Assembly (NCBI GenBank): GCA_963774265.1
Contig: CAVZDU010000006.1
Coordinates: 333,005-397,004 of the forward strand
Direction of reading: 5' to 3'
DNA: 64,000 bases
Source of the DNA: an uncultured Chloroflexia bacterium
GTDB lineage: Bacteria; Chloroflexota; Anaerolineae; CG2-30-64-16
Under the pieces are notes generated by a model. The model was not told where the DNA came from. It did not search any database and was given only the letters and a program-made list of their open reading frames with translations. The position numbers and the translations under genes were made by a program. Positions 29,678 through 41,546 of this stretch are shown piece after piece (the first letter of the stretch is position 1; each line of letters opens with the position of its first letter).

Positions 29678-30448
29678 ATGCCTGGAATGAATACCATTCT
29701 GCCGCCCGCGCGCCGCTCCTGGTTGATTGCCACAGCGCTGGCCCCGATCATTGCGCTGGCCCCATCAGCCGTTCCCGGCCATGCGCAAGGCGGCTGCACC
29801 GTCCAAAGCACACCCTACTTCACCGAGTACTACGGTGACGTCACGGTGGATGGCGCGCCGGCCGCCAGCGGCGCGGTCGTTGAGGCGGTCAACGGCCAGG
29901 GCGTGCAGGCCGGCTGCTTCGTCGTCACGAACCCCGGTATCTACGGCTACATCCGCGTCTTCGGCGCAAATGCGGCAACGGGCACGCCGGGGATGGCTAG
30001 CAGCGAAGCAGTGACGTTCAAGGTCGACGGCGCGGTGGCAACCTCCGTGCCGGCCAGCGTGCTGTGGTCTGGTGAAAATAATGGGCCGCATGAGGTCGAT
30101 CTCAGCGCGGAGGCCCTGCCGCCCAGGGTCGAGGATGTGCGGGCCGAGGTTGACGGGAACGCGGCCATCACGCTGGTCTGGACCGACGTGTCGGGAGGCA
30201 CCGATCACTACGAGATCTGGCACAGTGCTTCGCCCTATTTCGCACCCCAGGCGCCCGAGGGCGAGTGCATCGCCTCGAACGTGCCGCGGCCTGCGCAGCC
30301 GGGCGATCCCGTGCCGTTCCCTGTTATCGGTGATCCGGCCACCAACGACTACTACGTGGTCCTGGCAGTTACCAGCAGTAACGTGAAGTCGCTCGCCTCG
30401 AATCGCGTCGGAGCCTTTGACTTCGCTCTGACGCCAGGCGGTTCCTAA
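29678..30448 (+). CDS. Secreted two-domain beta-sandwich (Fn3-like) protein
   Basis: Signal peptide ending AQ; LVWTD…YEIW…YYVV; C-terminus SNRVGAFDFALTPG. Confidence 0.7.
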   Translation: MPGMNTILPPARRSWLIATALAPIIALAPSAVPGHAQGGCTVQSTPYFTEYYGDVTVDGAPAASGAVVEAVNGQGVQAGCFVVTNPGIYGYIRVFGANAATGTPGMASSEAVTFKVDGAVATSVPASVLWSGENNGPHEVDLSAEALPPRVEDVRAEVDGNAAITLVWTDVSGGTDHYEIWHSASPYFAPQAPEGECIASNVPRPAQPGDPVPFPVIGDPATNDYYVVLAVTSSNVKSLASNRVGAFDFALTPGGS

Positions 30449-30472
30449 GCGGGGCTTCCCATGACGCGAAAA

Positions 30473-30535
30473 GGGCGGCCACACCGGGCCGCCCCTACAC
30501 TACGACAACGGGCGGCCATACCGGGCCGCCCCCAC
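30473..30535 (-). repeat. Two GTAG-type REP-like palindromes between convergent genes
   Basis: Reverse complement GTAGGGGCGGCCCGGTGTGGCCGCCC (30473-30498) and a variant at 30510-30535. Confidence 0.7.
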
Positions 30536-30539
30536 CCTG

Positions 30540-30945
30540 TTACGCGGGTTGCCGCAGCAACGGGCGGAACTTGTAGCCGTACAGGATCTGGCCTTCGTCC
30601 CCATCCTGGGTCAGCTTGCGCGTCACCATCTCGACCGGCATGCCGATCTTGACATCCTCGGCGTCCACATCGGTGAGTTGCGCGGTGACCATCGGCCCCT
30701 CGGCCAGCTTGACCAGGGCCATCGTGTACGGCGCATACTCGTCAAACCCGGCGGGCGCATTGTACATCGTCGTGAAGGAGTATACTTCACCCTGGCCGCT
30801 CAGGTTGGTCCAGCTCTGCTTTTCGGCAGCACAGTGCGGACAGACGTCCCGCGGCGGGAAGATGTGCTTTGCCACAGTCATTGCAGATTTCGGCCTTCAA
30901 GCTGTAACGCTGCTGGCGAGTGCGCCAATTGCGCGGAATCGACAT
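30540..30945 (-). CDS. DUF35 Zn-ribbon/OB-fold protein (thiolase/HMGS scaffold); frameshift near 30870
   Basis: CNDC…FPPRDVCPHC, GEVYSFT, QLTDVD…IGMPVEMVTRK, YGYKFRP. Confidence 0.85.
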
Positions 30946-31108
30946 GAGTATGTTTCCTCCTAAGGATCTCAATACAACTCGCAAGCTATGCTTGCGCTCA
31001 AGCTCCGCTTGAGATACGATGCGCATTCTAACCCGATTGTGCCGCCAAAAACTATCACTTTAGCTCCAAGACCAGCCCGGAACGGGTCAATGATAGGTTT
31101 TGACAGGC

Positions 31109-32260
<1,152 letters not shown>

Positions 32261-32268
32261 CTATCTCC

Positions 32269-33326
32269 TCAGTTCATCTGCAGCTTATGGCGGATAGCGC
32301 GCGTAGGTCGCGTAGTCGATCACCTTGCGCCGCGCGATGTAGTCCTGGGTGCTGGGCGCCCGGTCGCGCGCCTCCACGATGCGGTCGGTCACGCGGATCG
32401 AGAACGCATCCGACCCGGCGCCCGAGCCGAACGAGACCATGAAGATGCGGTCGCCCGGCGCGGCCTCATCCAGGATCGCGGTCAGGCCGATCAGGGATGA
32501 GCCGGCGTAGGTGTTGCCGATGACCGGCACCAGCAGCCCCGTCTTGATCTGCTCCGGCTGTGAAGCCCAGCATCTCGCGCCACGCGCTGCGGGAACTTGG
32601 TGTTCGGCTGATGGAAGACGGCGTAGCGTGTAGTCCGACGGCTGCGTGCCCATCTCCTCCATCAGCTCGCCGGCCCGCGCTCACGACGTGCTCGAAATAG
32701 GCCGGCTCGCCCGTGAAGCGGTGGCCGTGGCTGGGATAGTGCGCATAGGCCCGCCGCCAGAAGTCCGGCGTGTCGGTGACGTGCGACAGCATCGCCTCGT
32801 AGACCGCCACGCTCTCCTCGGCCGGCCCGACGATGAAGGCCGCGCCGCCGGACGCCGCGGTGTACTCCAGCGCATCGCCGGGCCGGCCCTGGGCCGTGTC
32901 CATGCCGATGGCCAGCACATAGCGTCCCATCCCCGAGCCGACGATGCCGATGCCCATCGACGATCGCCTCGCTGCCCGCCTTGCAGGCGAACTCCAGGTC
33001 GGCGGCCTGGATGTACGGCGTCGCGCCGATGGCCTCGGCCACGATGGTGGAGGTGGGCTTGACGGCGTACGGGTGCGACTCGCTGCCCACCCAGACCGCC
33101 CGCAGGTCCTGGCGGATCGATCCGGGCCCGCGCCAGCGCATTGCGCGCCGCCTCGATGGACATGGTCAGCGTGTCTTCGTCCAGCCCGGCGACCGCCTTC
33201 TCCTTGATCGGCAGCCCGCCGGTGCCATCGGTCCAGACCCGGGCCACTTCCGCTGGCCGGCAGCCGATAGCGCGGCACATAGGCGCCGTACCCGACGATG
33301 CCCACATCACGATCCGGTTTCAACAT
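32269..33326 (-). CDS. mvaS: HMG-CoA synthase, archaeal-type; several indels
   Basis: [34 protein letters not shown] (catalytic Cys), [33 protein letters not shown]. Confidence 0.87.
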
Positions 33327-33405
33327 GGAGTTCGTCCTCCCAATAAAGCACTTTCAGCACGTGATTATAGCCATCTCAATCGTCTCTCTCCGTAGCTGCA
33401 TAGCA

Positions 33406-33433
33406 ATCTTACATGCTTTGTCGAGATTGTCAA
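33406..33433 (-). promoter_or_regulatory. Candidate internal sigma70 promoter for HMGS-thiolase-DUF35
   Basis: Reverse strand TTGACA (33433-33428), 16 bp, TAAGAT (33411-33406) in an AT-rich spacer. Confidence 0.5.
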
Positions 33434-34765
33434 GGCTCGGTTCGACCGCAGCCTGGCGAGCACTCCTGGGCCCGGTCGGCCCGGATCTGCCGCTCCGCGA
33501 CCAGCACGGCGCCGACCGCGGTCCACCTCGTCGCGCCGCGCGCCGGCGGCGATGGCGATCTGCCGCGCGTGCAGCGCCATGTGGCCCCGCTGGATGCCCT
33601 CGGTCGCCAGCGCGCGGATGGCCGCCAGGTTCTGGGCCAGGCCCGACCGCGGCGATGATCTCGGCCAGCTCGCGCGCGGTCGCCGACGCCCATGATCTGC
33701 AGCGCGAAGCTGCGCCAGCGGGTGCACCCGCGTGGCGCCGCCGACGATGCCGACCGCCAGCGGCAGCTCCAGGCTGCCGACCAGCGCGGGTCCTGCGCCG
33801 GTTGCCGGGTCGCCGGCGACGTAGGACCAGGTCGACAGCGAGCGGTACGAGGCCGTCGCGGGCGGCGTAGGCGTGCGCGCCGGCCTCGATCGCGCGCCAG
33901 TCGTTGCCGGTGGCCAGGACCACGGCATCCACGCCGTTCATGATGCCCTTGTTGTGCGTCGCCGCGCGGTAGGGATCGACCGCGGCCAGCGCGTAGGCCT
34001 CGACGATGCGCTGCGCCACCAGCTCGCCGGGGTATGTCGCCGGTCGCCAGCTCCCTGGCCGGGACCACGCAGCGCGCCCGCGCCAGCCGCCGGTCGGCCA
34101 GGTTCGACAGGATGCGCAGGTTGACCCGCCCGCCGGTGATCTCCTCGACCAGCGGCGCCAGCGCCTCGCACGCGGTGTTGACCATGTTGGCGCCCATCGC
34201 GTCGCGGCAGTCGTAGATCAGGTGCACGACCAGCATCGGCCCGACCGGGCTCTCGGCGCACGGTGCGCACTTCGACGTCGCGCGCGCCGCCGTGCAGGCT
34301 GACACGATCACCGGGTCGGTGCTGTTGGCCAGATCGAGCAGCCGCTGCTTGCCCGCCTGCCACGTTCGGCTGCGGCCTGGGCCAGATCGGCCACGTCCAG
34401 CACCTGCATCTGGCCGATCATCAGCGGCTCGGTGGTCTCGGCGTGGAAGCCGCCGCCCGCGCGCGCCAGCCGCGCCGCGAAACTGGCGCCCGCCACCACC
34501 GACGGCTCTTCGATGACCATCGGCACCAGCACGTCGCGGCCGTTGACCACGAAGTTGGTGGCGATGCCCAGCGGCAGCGCATAGGTGCCGACCACATTTT
34601 CCACCATCTTGTCGGCCTGTTCCAGGGTCAGCCCGCCCGGCGCCGCAGGAGCTCTTCAGCCGCGGCCGCCTGGTCCGGCGTCATGGCCGCCCAGTCCGCC
34701 ACGATGCGCCGGCGTTCGGCGGGTGTGAGGTTGTAGAAACCACTGATGCGAGAAGATCGTGCCAT
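33430..34765 (-). CDS. mvaA: HMG-CoA reductase class II; several indels, 3' end approximate
   Basis: [63 protein letters not shown]. Confidence 0.87.
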
Positions 34766-34851
34766 GCTTCACCTTGCTCCACAAAAAACGGGCCACAGCC
34801 CGTATCGGTTGCCAGACTATAGCCTGCGGAAACTCTCAAAACCTATCGGAA

Positions 34852-36255
34852 TCAGGGTTCGAGGATGGAAAGCGGCAGGATGACGGCCGCGACCGGGTCG
34901 GTCAGCAGTTGCGGGAAGAGGCCGAGGAGCAATCCGGCCGCGACCAGGAGGACCGCTATGAACGCCAGGCTCAGCGGCTCACGCTCGACGGGGGAGGATT
35001 CTAAGTCTCCGAAGCAAGCCTGGCCCGCCCGGATGGCGCCGACCAGGACGCCAAACGCGCCGAGCAGCAAGAGCAGGGCCCAGCGCCTGATCATTTTCGG
35101 CCACCAGCTGCAGCAGCGCCCAGCGGGACGCAAACTGCGCGGTCAACGGCATGCCCGCCAGGCCAAACCCACCGGCGATCAGCGCGATCACCGCCCACGG
35201 CAAGCGGGAGGCCGCGCCGCGCAGATGCTCGAATCGATCGGACGCCATGTGGTGGCGGATAGCCGCCGCACCCGTCGCCAGGGTGAGCAGCGCAAAGGTG
35301 CGCGTCAGCAGCAGCCAGATGGCAGTGGGCAGCCCGGCCGTGCCGCGCAGGCCCATCGCCACGATCAGGATGCCGTAGTCGTAGAGCGCGGCATAACCGA
35401 GCATGCGTCCCAGCCGTCGTTGCGTGGCCGTCAGTGGCGCCGCCGAGCACCGCGGTCAGCACCCCCAGCCAAGCAGCCAGCGCGCGCTGTCCACGGCCGT
35501 CGCTCAGCCAGGGATAGGTCACCAGGAAACGCTGGAGCAGGAACAGCGTGACGGACTGCCCGCCGATCCACAGGAAGGCCGCCACCACCGGCGGCGCCTG
35601 GCCGGCCACGGCAGGGATCGCCACGTGCAGACGGCGCGGGCTGCAGCAGCAGGACGAAGCCCGCGATCAGCAGCCAGCCCGCGATGCGGTAGGGCGTCTG
35701 GTCGTCGGGGTTGAGCGGCGCCTGGTCGATGTACCAGGATGCGACGAGAAAAAGCGGCACGGCCAGCGTCGGGAAGAGCAGCTGGCGCCATGCGCCCGAG
35801 GTTTCGCCGGGCTGTCCGGCCTGGATCAGGAAGACGGACAGGATCGCGGCCAGGACAATCGCCATGGGAGCGAACGTCAGGGGCTGCAGCATGACCACCA
35901 CGCCCCAAATCGCCAACAGGAGCATCCCGAACGGATAGAAAGTGCGGCCCTGATAGGTGCGCCAGGCCAGGATGAAAGTCACGGCGGCGGTGACGAACAG
36001 AAACACCAGCAGCGCGCGGGAGGCGGGCGAAATGTGGAGCGAGATGTCCTCCCAGATGAACGAACGCCCGAGGTCCACCGGCCTGCCCAGCAGGATCACC
36101 GGCGTGGTGATGGGCAGGCGCCAGAGGCCGATGGCAATCAACGCTGAGAGGCCCGACGCGATGCTGGCGGCCAGGGATTCAAAGCGCCGGAGGATGTACA
36201 ACACGCCTGCAGCGAGCACCAGCACACCGAGCAGGAGCAGCGGACCTGAAATCAT
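34852..36255 (-). CDS. Degenerate proton-conducting transporter (MrpD/NuoN-like) membrane subunit; indels at about 35100-35630
   Basis: About 14 TM segments; LGYAALYDYG, GFGLAGMPLTAQFASRW resembling the 'LAGxPxxxGFxxK' motif. Confidence 0.65.
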
Positions 36256-36932
36256 GGCGCCTCTCCGCCGAAGCCCGACAGGTCAGGCTCCCCGGGCGCG
36301 GCCGCAGGCGCGGCCAGGCCATGGGCAAGGATCAGGTAGGCGATCGCCAGACCCAACAGAACCTGTCCTCCCTGGAGCATGCCCACCAGCATACGCCGCT
36401 GAATCAGGGTGAAGACCACGAGCTGGGCTGCGCTTAGAAACGTGAGCAGACTGAGGCCGGCGTGCAGCGGCTCCTCGTGGAGGGCCATGCCGACCAGGCC
36501 GATCAACCCCAACCATAGGACCGCGTCCCGGAACAGCGGCGAAACGTGCGGCAGAGAAACCCCTTCGCGCACCGCCGCGAATGTAATCGCGGCCAGCCCT
36601 ACCGCCAACACGCGGAAGGTGGTCAGGGAGGCCATGCGCGGCCATCGCGCACTGGCCGGGCGCCCAAGATAAGCAGACGTGCGCAACTGGCGCGCAGACA
36701 TGAACAGCATGACGGCCACGAGTCCACCCACGATCACTTGTTGCAGCGCCCACTCGGTCGGGATGACCTGCGAGAGGAGCAGCGATAACATCACCGTCAC
36801 CACGGCGTAGCCAAAGAGGACGACGCGCCAATCCCTGGGCACGACGATCAGCACTGCCCCGATGCCGGCCAGCACGACAGCGGGTGCACCGACCAACAGG
36901 CTTAGTTGGCGAAACAAATCAGCAAGCGACAT
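36252..36932 (-). CDS. Membrane protein coupled between the two antiporter-like genes
   Basis: About 7 TM segments; ATGA overlap with the downstream gene. Confidence 0.7.
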   Translation of the reverse strand: MSLADLFRQLSLLVGAPAVVLAGIGAVLIVVPRDWRVVLFGYAVVTVMLSLLLSQVIPTEWALQQVIVGGLVAVMLFMSARQLRTSAYLGRPASARWPRMASLTTFRVLAVGLAAITFAAVREGVSLPHVSPLFRDAVLWLGLIGLVGMALHEEPLHAGLSLLTFLSAAQLVVFTLIQRRMLVGMLQGGQVLLGLAIAYLILAHGLAAPAAAPGEPDLSGFGGEAP

Positions 36933-36938
36933 ACTTAT

Positions 36939-38705
36939 CTATCCGCGCAGCAGAACCCAAAGCACCAGGCCGGCAAGGGCCAACCACCCGAGGTAGCCTT
37001 CGCCCTCGCCCAGGGCTGCAAAATACTGGAGGCCGTTGGCCAGGAGCGCAAAGCCCGCGGTCACGCCCTTGTAGAGCCACTCCAGGCTGGCAATCGCCAC
37101 GATACCCGCCTGCCAGCCGCGCATCTGGCCGAGAATCCTCTCGCGGAAGGCGCCAAGCGCCACACCAAGCACCGCCGAGAGCGCCAGTCCTCCCCACACC
37201 GAGCGCCGCGTCTCGCCCAGTGCGTTGTTGAAGAGCGACCCGAAGTTCTGTGCATCGGGCCAGCCGGCCAGGGCCGCAAGCAGGCGGGGAAGGAGGCCGA
37301 AGGCAATGAGCGGGATCACGAGCAAGACGATCGCCGCAGACACACGCAGGAACGACAGGCGGCCTGGCGCAGCACCCTCAGGCAGCGGCGACGGGTCACG
37401 CCGGACCGCTTCCCAGAGGCTGGCCACGAACAGGATTTCGGCGAGCAGGGCCACAGCAAATAGCGGTACGGCAAGCGCGAATTCGGTGGGGAACACTAAC
37501 ACACTGCGCGCGAAAAAGCCGACCGTGCCGGGCAGACCCCAAAGCGCCAGGGCTGCCAACCACATGGGACCGCGCCAGCCGAGCAAATCGCGGCCGGCCT
37601 GCCCGGCGGCCAGCAGCGCGCAACCGAGGCTGAAGGTTGCCAGCGACCAGACGAGGGCTTCAGGTCCTGCGGCAGACGCGGTGTAGGCCGCGATCACGGC
37701 CAGGCTGGCGCGATTCAGTGCGATCCAGCGCCACCGCCGGTTGCGGTCCTCCACGGCCCACGCCACGAGCGCGGTGCCCAGCAGGGCCAGCACGCTGAGT
37801 GCGATCCACTCCGGACGGCGCAGCCAATCTGCCCCTGCCAACGCATGCACACGACCCAGCAGCCACAAGCCCGCCGTCGGGCCGATCAGGTAGATGGGAA
37901 GCCAGTAATCTCGCCGCGAGCCGCCCCAACCGGTGAGCCAGAAGTGCAAGGGGTAGACCCCCGCCCGGATCAGGGCCGCCACCCACAGCAGCACAAGCTG
38001 CCCGTCGGTCAGCGGCTGTCCGACGGACAGCCTGCGCTCCATCAGGTTGGCACGGATGCCGTTCTCCCCCAGCAGCGCCAACAGGAAGAGCAGAAGGATG
38101 CCTGCCAGGCTCAGCGCGCCCCAGGCACGACCGGAAACTTCGGCGGTATGACTCAAATGCAGCCGCACGGCCAGGGCCGCGTCCAGGATCAGCCAACTGC
38201 TCGCCAGGGTCAGGATGTTGCCGGACGAAACAAAAACCAGCGCCGCCGCACCCAGCCAGAGCGTGCGCTCCCCGTCGACGCCGATCACGTCGAGGCGCAA
38301 GCGGGGGGACACCGGGTCAAGCAACCCGTCGCCCAGGAGGAGTGCAATGCCGGTGAGCGCGATGATGAGGGCGGACGCGGTCCAGTTCCACGCATCCACC
38401 CGCCACTCCATCACGCTGCCCGCGACCGTCAGTGGCTGCCACGTCCAGGCCAAAATCGGACGCGGCGACAGTGTCCGCAGGTGGACCAGCAGTGCAGTGG
38501 ACGCGAGGACCGCCAACAACGCAAGGGGCAGGCGCACATCGTAGAGCCAGGACTTCGGCAACGCCTTCAGCAGCCGGCCGCTGATCATCTGTTCAGAGAC
38601 CGCGTTCCGCCGCGCCATTCGCCGCAACACTGCCAGCGCGACGCCGCCGAGGCTCAGGATCAACGCGGGACCCAGGGGATGGAGGAACAGGGTTTTTAGG
38701 ATCAT
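36939..38705 (-). CDS. Degenerate proton-conducting transporter (MrpA/NuoL-like) membrane subunit
   Basis: About 16 TM segments; IRAGVYPLHFWL, LWGLPGTVGFFAR. Confidence 0.65.
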   Translation of the reverse strand: MILKTLFLHPLGPALILSLGGVALAVLRRMARRNAVSEQMISGRLLKALPKSWLYDVRLPLALLAVLASTALLVHLRTLSPRPILAWTWQPLTVAGSVMEWRVDAWNWTASALIIALTGIALLLGDGLLDPVSPRLRLDVIGVDGERTLWLGAAALVFVSSGNILTLASSWLILDAALAVRLHLSHTAEVSGRAWGALSLAGILLLFLLALLGENGIRANLMERRLSVGQPLTDGQLVLLWVAALIRAGVYPLHFWLTGWGGSRRDYWLPIYLIGPTAGLWLLGRVHALAGADWLRRPEWIALSVLALLGTALVAWAVEDRNRRWRWIALNRASLAVIAAYTASAAGPEALVWSLATFSLGCALLAAGQAGRDLLGWRGPMWLAALALWGLPGTVGFFARSVLVFPTEFALAVPLFAVALLAEILFVASLWEAVRRDPSPLPEGAAPGRLSFLRVSAAIVLLVIPLIAFGLLPRLLAALAGWPDAQNFGSLFNNALGETRRSVWGGLALSAVLGVALGAFRERILGQMRGWQAGIVAIASLEWLYKGVTAGFALLANGLQYFAALGEGEGYLGWLALAGLVLWVLLRG

Positions 38706-38827
38706 GGTCGCGAGACCACGACATTGTAATGCCGGGAGGGCGAACGGCCAAATCAGATTGGCAGCTCCACCGGACGCCGCATGTGCGCTTTTTGCCGCGC
38801 ACCCGCGCATGGAGTAAAATCGCGGTT

Positions 38828-40255
38828 ATGCCGCCTGCTCTGTCCCAAAGTGCCCGCCGCCTGCTGCTCGCGCTTCGCGTCGTGGCCTCGCTGGTGATCG
38901 CACTCCATCTCGCTGCACCGCTCCTCTCGGAAGAGATCGCCTGGGGGCTTTGGCCTGCCGCCTATCTGCCCGCGCTGGTGCGTTGGTTGTTCGCCCTGGC
39001 CACGCTTGCGCTGGTATGGGGCGGCGGGTGGCTCTGGCAGGCGCTGCCATGGATACGCGCGGCTCTGGGGCGGGTCCATTTCACGTCGCCACCCGTGCGG
39101 CTGGCCATCAGCCTCATCGCCGGCGCATGCTTCTTTGCCTTCCCTATCCGCCACCTGCGCTGGGGGGACGCCAAGCTGCTGGTCAAGGCGCTCGCCGACC
39201 CCTACCGGCTCACCTACGTGTGGCAGGCGCCGCTGGACGTTTTCCTCCACGCCAAGGGCTGGCAGCTCGGCAATGCCCTGTTCGGCTGGCCCGATCCCAT
39301 CCCGGTGTATCGCATCCTCAGCACGCTTGCGGGCGTGGCGTTCGTCTGGGTCCTCATCGGCCTCGCGACCCGGTTGGGCCGCAACCGGACGGAGCGCGCG
39401 GCCACCGTGGGGCTGGTCCTGACGCTCGGCACGATGCAGTTGTTCTTCGGGTATGTCGAGAACTACCCCATCATGACCCTGGGCGTGTTCATTTACGCCT
39501 ACCTCGCGCTGCGCCGCCTGCGGGGTGAGATCTCCCTCGTCTGGCCCGCGACCGCGCTGGCTATCACGCATGCGTTCCACCCGTCCACCATCATTTTGGC
39601 GCCCAGCCTGCTCTACCTGGCCTTCGCGCCGCTGGCCGTTGAGCGGGGGAACGGCCTTCCACCAGGGGACGTCTCAAAAACGAAGGGCTGGCGGATCGAT
39701 GCCCGCTCCGTGCTGAGCGTTGTCGTTCCCTACGGACTGGTTTTTGCCGGTGTTGTTGCCCTGATGTCGTCCGGCGAGCACGGGCTGGACGCGTTGATGG
39801 GGGTTGACTTTCCGGGCGGGGGTGACCGAAGCTGGTTCGTCCCGCTCTTCGAGATCACGACCAAATGGCAGCACTACACCATGTTCTCGGTCGGGCACCT
39901 GGTCGACATCGTGAACCAGCAACTGCTCGTGGCGCCCATGGTGTGGCCATCGTTGATCCTGATCTGGCTGCTGGCCCGCGATCGTCTGCCGCGAAGGGAT
40001 GCAACCGGCAGCTTCCTGCTGCTGATGGCAGGCTGCTATCTGCTGCTCACCCTGGTGTGGAACGCGGACTATGGAGGGCAGAGAGACTGGGACCTGTTCT
40101 CGCCAGCGGCTATTCCGGCCGCGCTGCTCCTGGCATGGGCATTGCCGCGGGCACTGACCGAAACGCCCGCGCTGCGTGCGGGGGCGAGCGCGATCATCGC
40201 GAGCCAGGCGTTCCACCTGGTCGTGTGGATTTGGCGGAATGCACTGGTTCCCTAG
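38828..40255 (+). CDS. Polytopic membrane protein, possibly a GT-C-fold glycosyltransferase
   Basis: More than 10 TM segments; RWGD, FFGYVENY, RDWDLF extracytoplasmic motifs; divergent from the antiporter-like genes. Confidence 0.55.
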   Translation: MPPALSQSARRLLLALRVVASLVIALHLAAPLLSEEIAWGLWPAAYLPALVRWLFALATLALVWGGGWLWQALPWIRAALGRVHFTSPPVRLAISLIAGACFFAFPIRHLRWGDAKLLVKALADPYRLTYVWQAPLDVFLHAKGWQLGNALFGWPDPIPVYRILSTLAGVAFVWVLIGLATRLGRNRTERAATVGLVLTLGTMQLFFGYVENYPIMTLGVFIYAYLALRRLRGEISLVWPATALAITHAFHPSTIILAPSLLYLAFAPLAVERGNGLPPGDVSKTKGWRIDARSVLSVVVPYGLVFAGVVALMSSGEHGLDALMGVDFPGGGDRSWFVPLFEITTKWQHYTMFSVGHLVDIVNQQLLVAPMVWPSLILIWLLARDRLPRRDATGSFLLLMAGCYLLLTLVWNADYGGQRDWDLFSPAAIPAALLLAWALPRALTETPALRAGASAIIASQAFHLVVWIWRNALVP

Positions 40256-40388
40256 ATTGAAATCAGTTTCGTAAGATTCATTTCGTATATTTCAGGGTAA
40301 CTTTTTTCGACTGGACCAAGGCTCGATTGCACTATCGCTGGCGGCATGTTGGGGAGACGGCGAGGCGCCTGGGTCAAAGGAGGCGATT

Positions 40389-41471
40389 GTGTCAGAACTG
40401 CGTCGTGATCCCGTGATGGGCCGCTGGGTGATCGTAGCACCTGAGCGCGGCCTACGGCCGGACCAGGTGCCCTCCATCGCGAGCCCCCGTCAGCCTGCAC
40501 CGTGTGTCTTTTGCGGCGGTCAGGAGTCATTGGACCCTCATGAAATCTTCGCCATTCGAACGAACGGCACCGCGGCCAACACGCCGGGCTGGAAAGTCCG
40601 CGTACTGCCCAACAAGTTTCCCGTGCTCCGCATCGAGGGCAAGCTGGTCCGGGAAGGCGTCGGCATCTTCGACATGATGACCGGCGTCGGCGCGCATGAG
40701 GTCATCGTCGAGACGCCCGAGCACTCACAGGAGCTGGCGGAGCTGAGCGAAGGCCAGGTCAGCGATGTCTTGCGCGCGTACCGCGAGCGGATGCAGGATC
40801 TGAGCGGCGACGACCGCTTCAAGTATGTCCTGATCTTCAAGAACCAGGGCTATCAGGCCGGCGCGACCATGTCTCATGCGCACTCACAACTGATCGCGAC
40901 GCCGGTCACGCCCAAACGCGTCAAGGAAGAGCTCCAGGGCGCGCAGCGTTACTACGACTTCAAGCGGCGCTGCGTCTTCTGCGACATCATCAGGCAAGAG
41001 ACGCGGCTGACGCGCGAACGAGTGGTATTCGAGAACGATCTCTTTGTCGTGCTGTCGCCATTCGCCGCCCGGGCGCCCTTTGAGACGTGGGTGCTGCCGA
41101 AGCAGCACAACAGCGATTTCCTCAACATCAGCCAAGCAGAGTTCGGCGGGCTGGCGCAGGCGCTCAAGACCGTTCTACTCAAGATGCGCTATGGCCTGAA
41201 CGATCCGCCATTCAACTTCCTGATCCACACCGCGCCCTTCCGGCGCCCGCGGCCGGGCTACTGGTCCACGATCCAGTACGACTATCACTGGCACCTGGAA
41301 ATCATCCCGCGCCTGACGCGACCGGCGGGATTTGAGGAAGGGTCGGGGTTCTACATCAACACCGTGACCCCGGAGGATGCCGCCCAGATCCTGGCAGATG
41401 CGCCGCTTGCGCCGAAGGCGGTCGAGGTGAAAGCCGAAGTCAAGGCCGAAGAGATGGCGGTCGCAGCATAG
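40389..41471 (+). CDS. galT: Galactose-1-phosphate uridylyltransferase (HIT family)
   Basis: SELRRDP…WVIVA.ER, CVFC, PNKFP, GAHEVIVE, FKN.G…GA.MSHAHSQ, YHWHLEI.PR. Confidence 0.88.
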   Translation: MSELRRDPVMGRWVIVAPERGLRPDQVPSIASPRQPAPCVFCGGQESLDPHEIFAIRTNGTAANTPGWKVRVLPNKFPVLRIEGKLVREGVGIFDMMTGVGAHEVIVETPEHSQELAELSEGQVSDVLRAYRERMQDLSGDDRFKYVLIFKNQGYQAGATMSHAHSQLIATPVTPKRVKEELQGAQRYYDFKRRCVFCDIIRQETRLTRERVVFENDLFVVLSPFAARAPFETWVLPKQHNSDFLNISQAEFGGLAQALKTVLLKMRYGLNDPPFNFLIHTAPFRRPRPGYWSTIQYDYHWHLEIIPRLTRPAGFEEGSGFYINTVTPEDAAQILADAPLAPKAVEVKAEVKAEEMAVAA

Positions 41472-41510
41472 GCTTTTGCGACAGCGCTGACCGAGGCGCC
41501 CGGCACGTGC

Positions 41511-41541
41511 GGTGCCCGGCACTTTGAAAGTGCCGGGCACC
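41511..41541. repeat. Perfect 15-bp inverted repeat (REP-like/terminator) between convergent genes
   Basis: GGTGCCCGGCACTTT-G-AAAGTGCCGGGCACC; related core GTGCCGGGCACCT recurs at about 49167-49179. Confidence 0.75.
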
Positions 41542-41546
41542 TTCGA

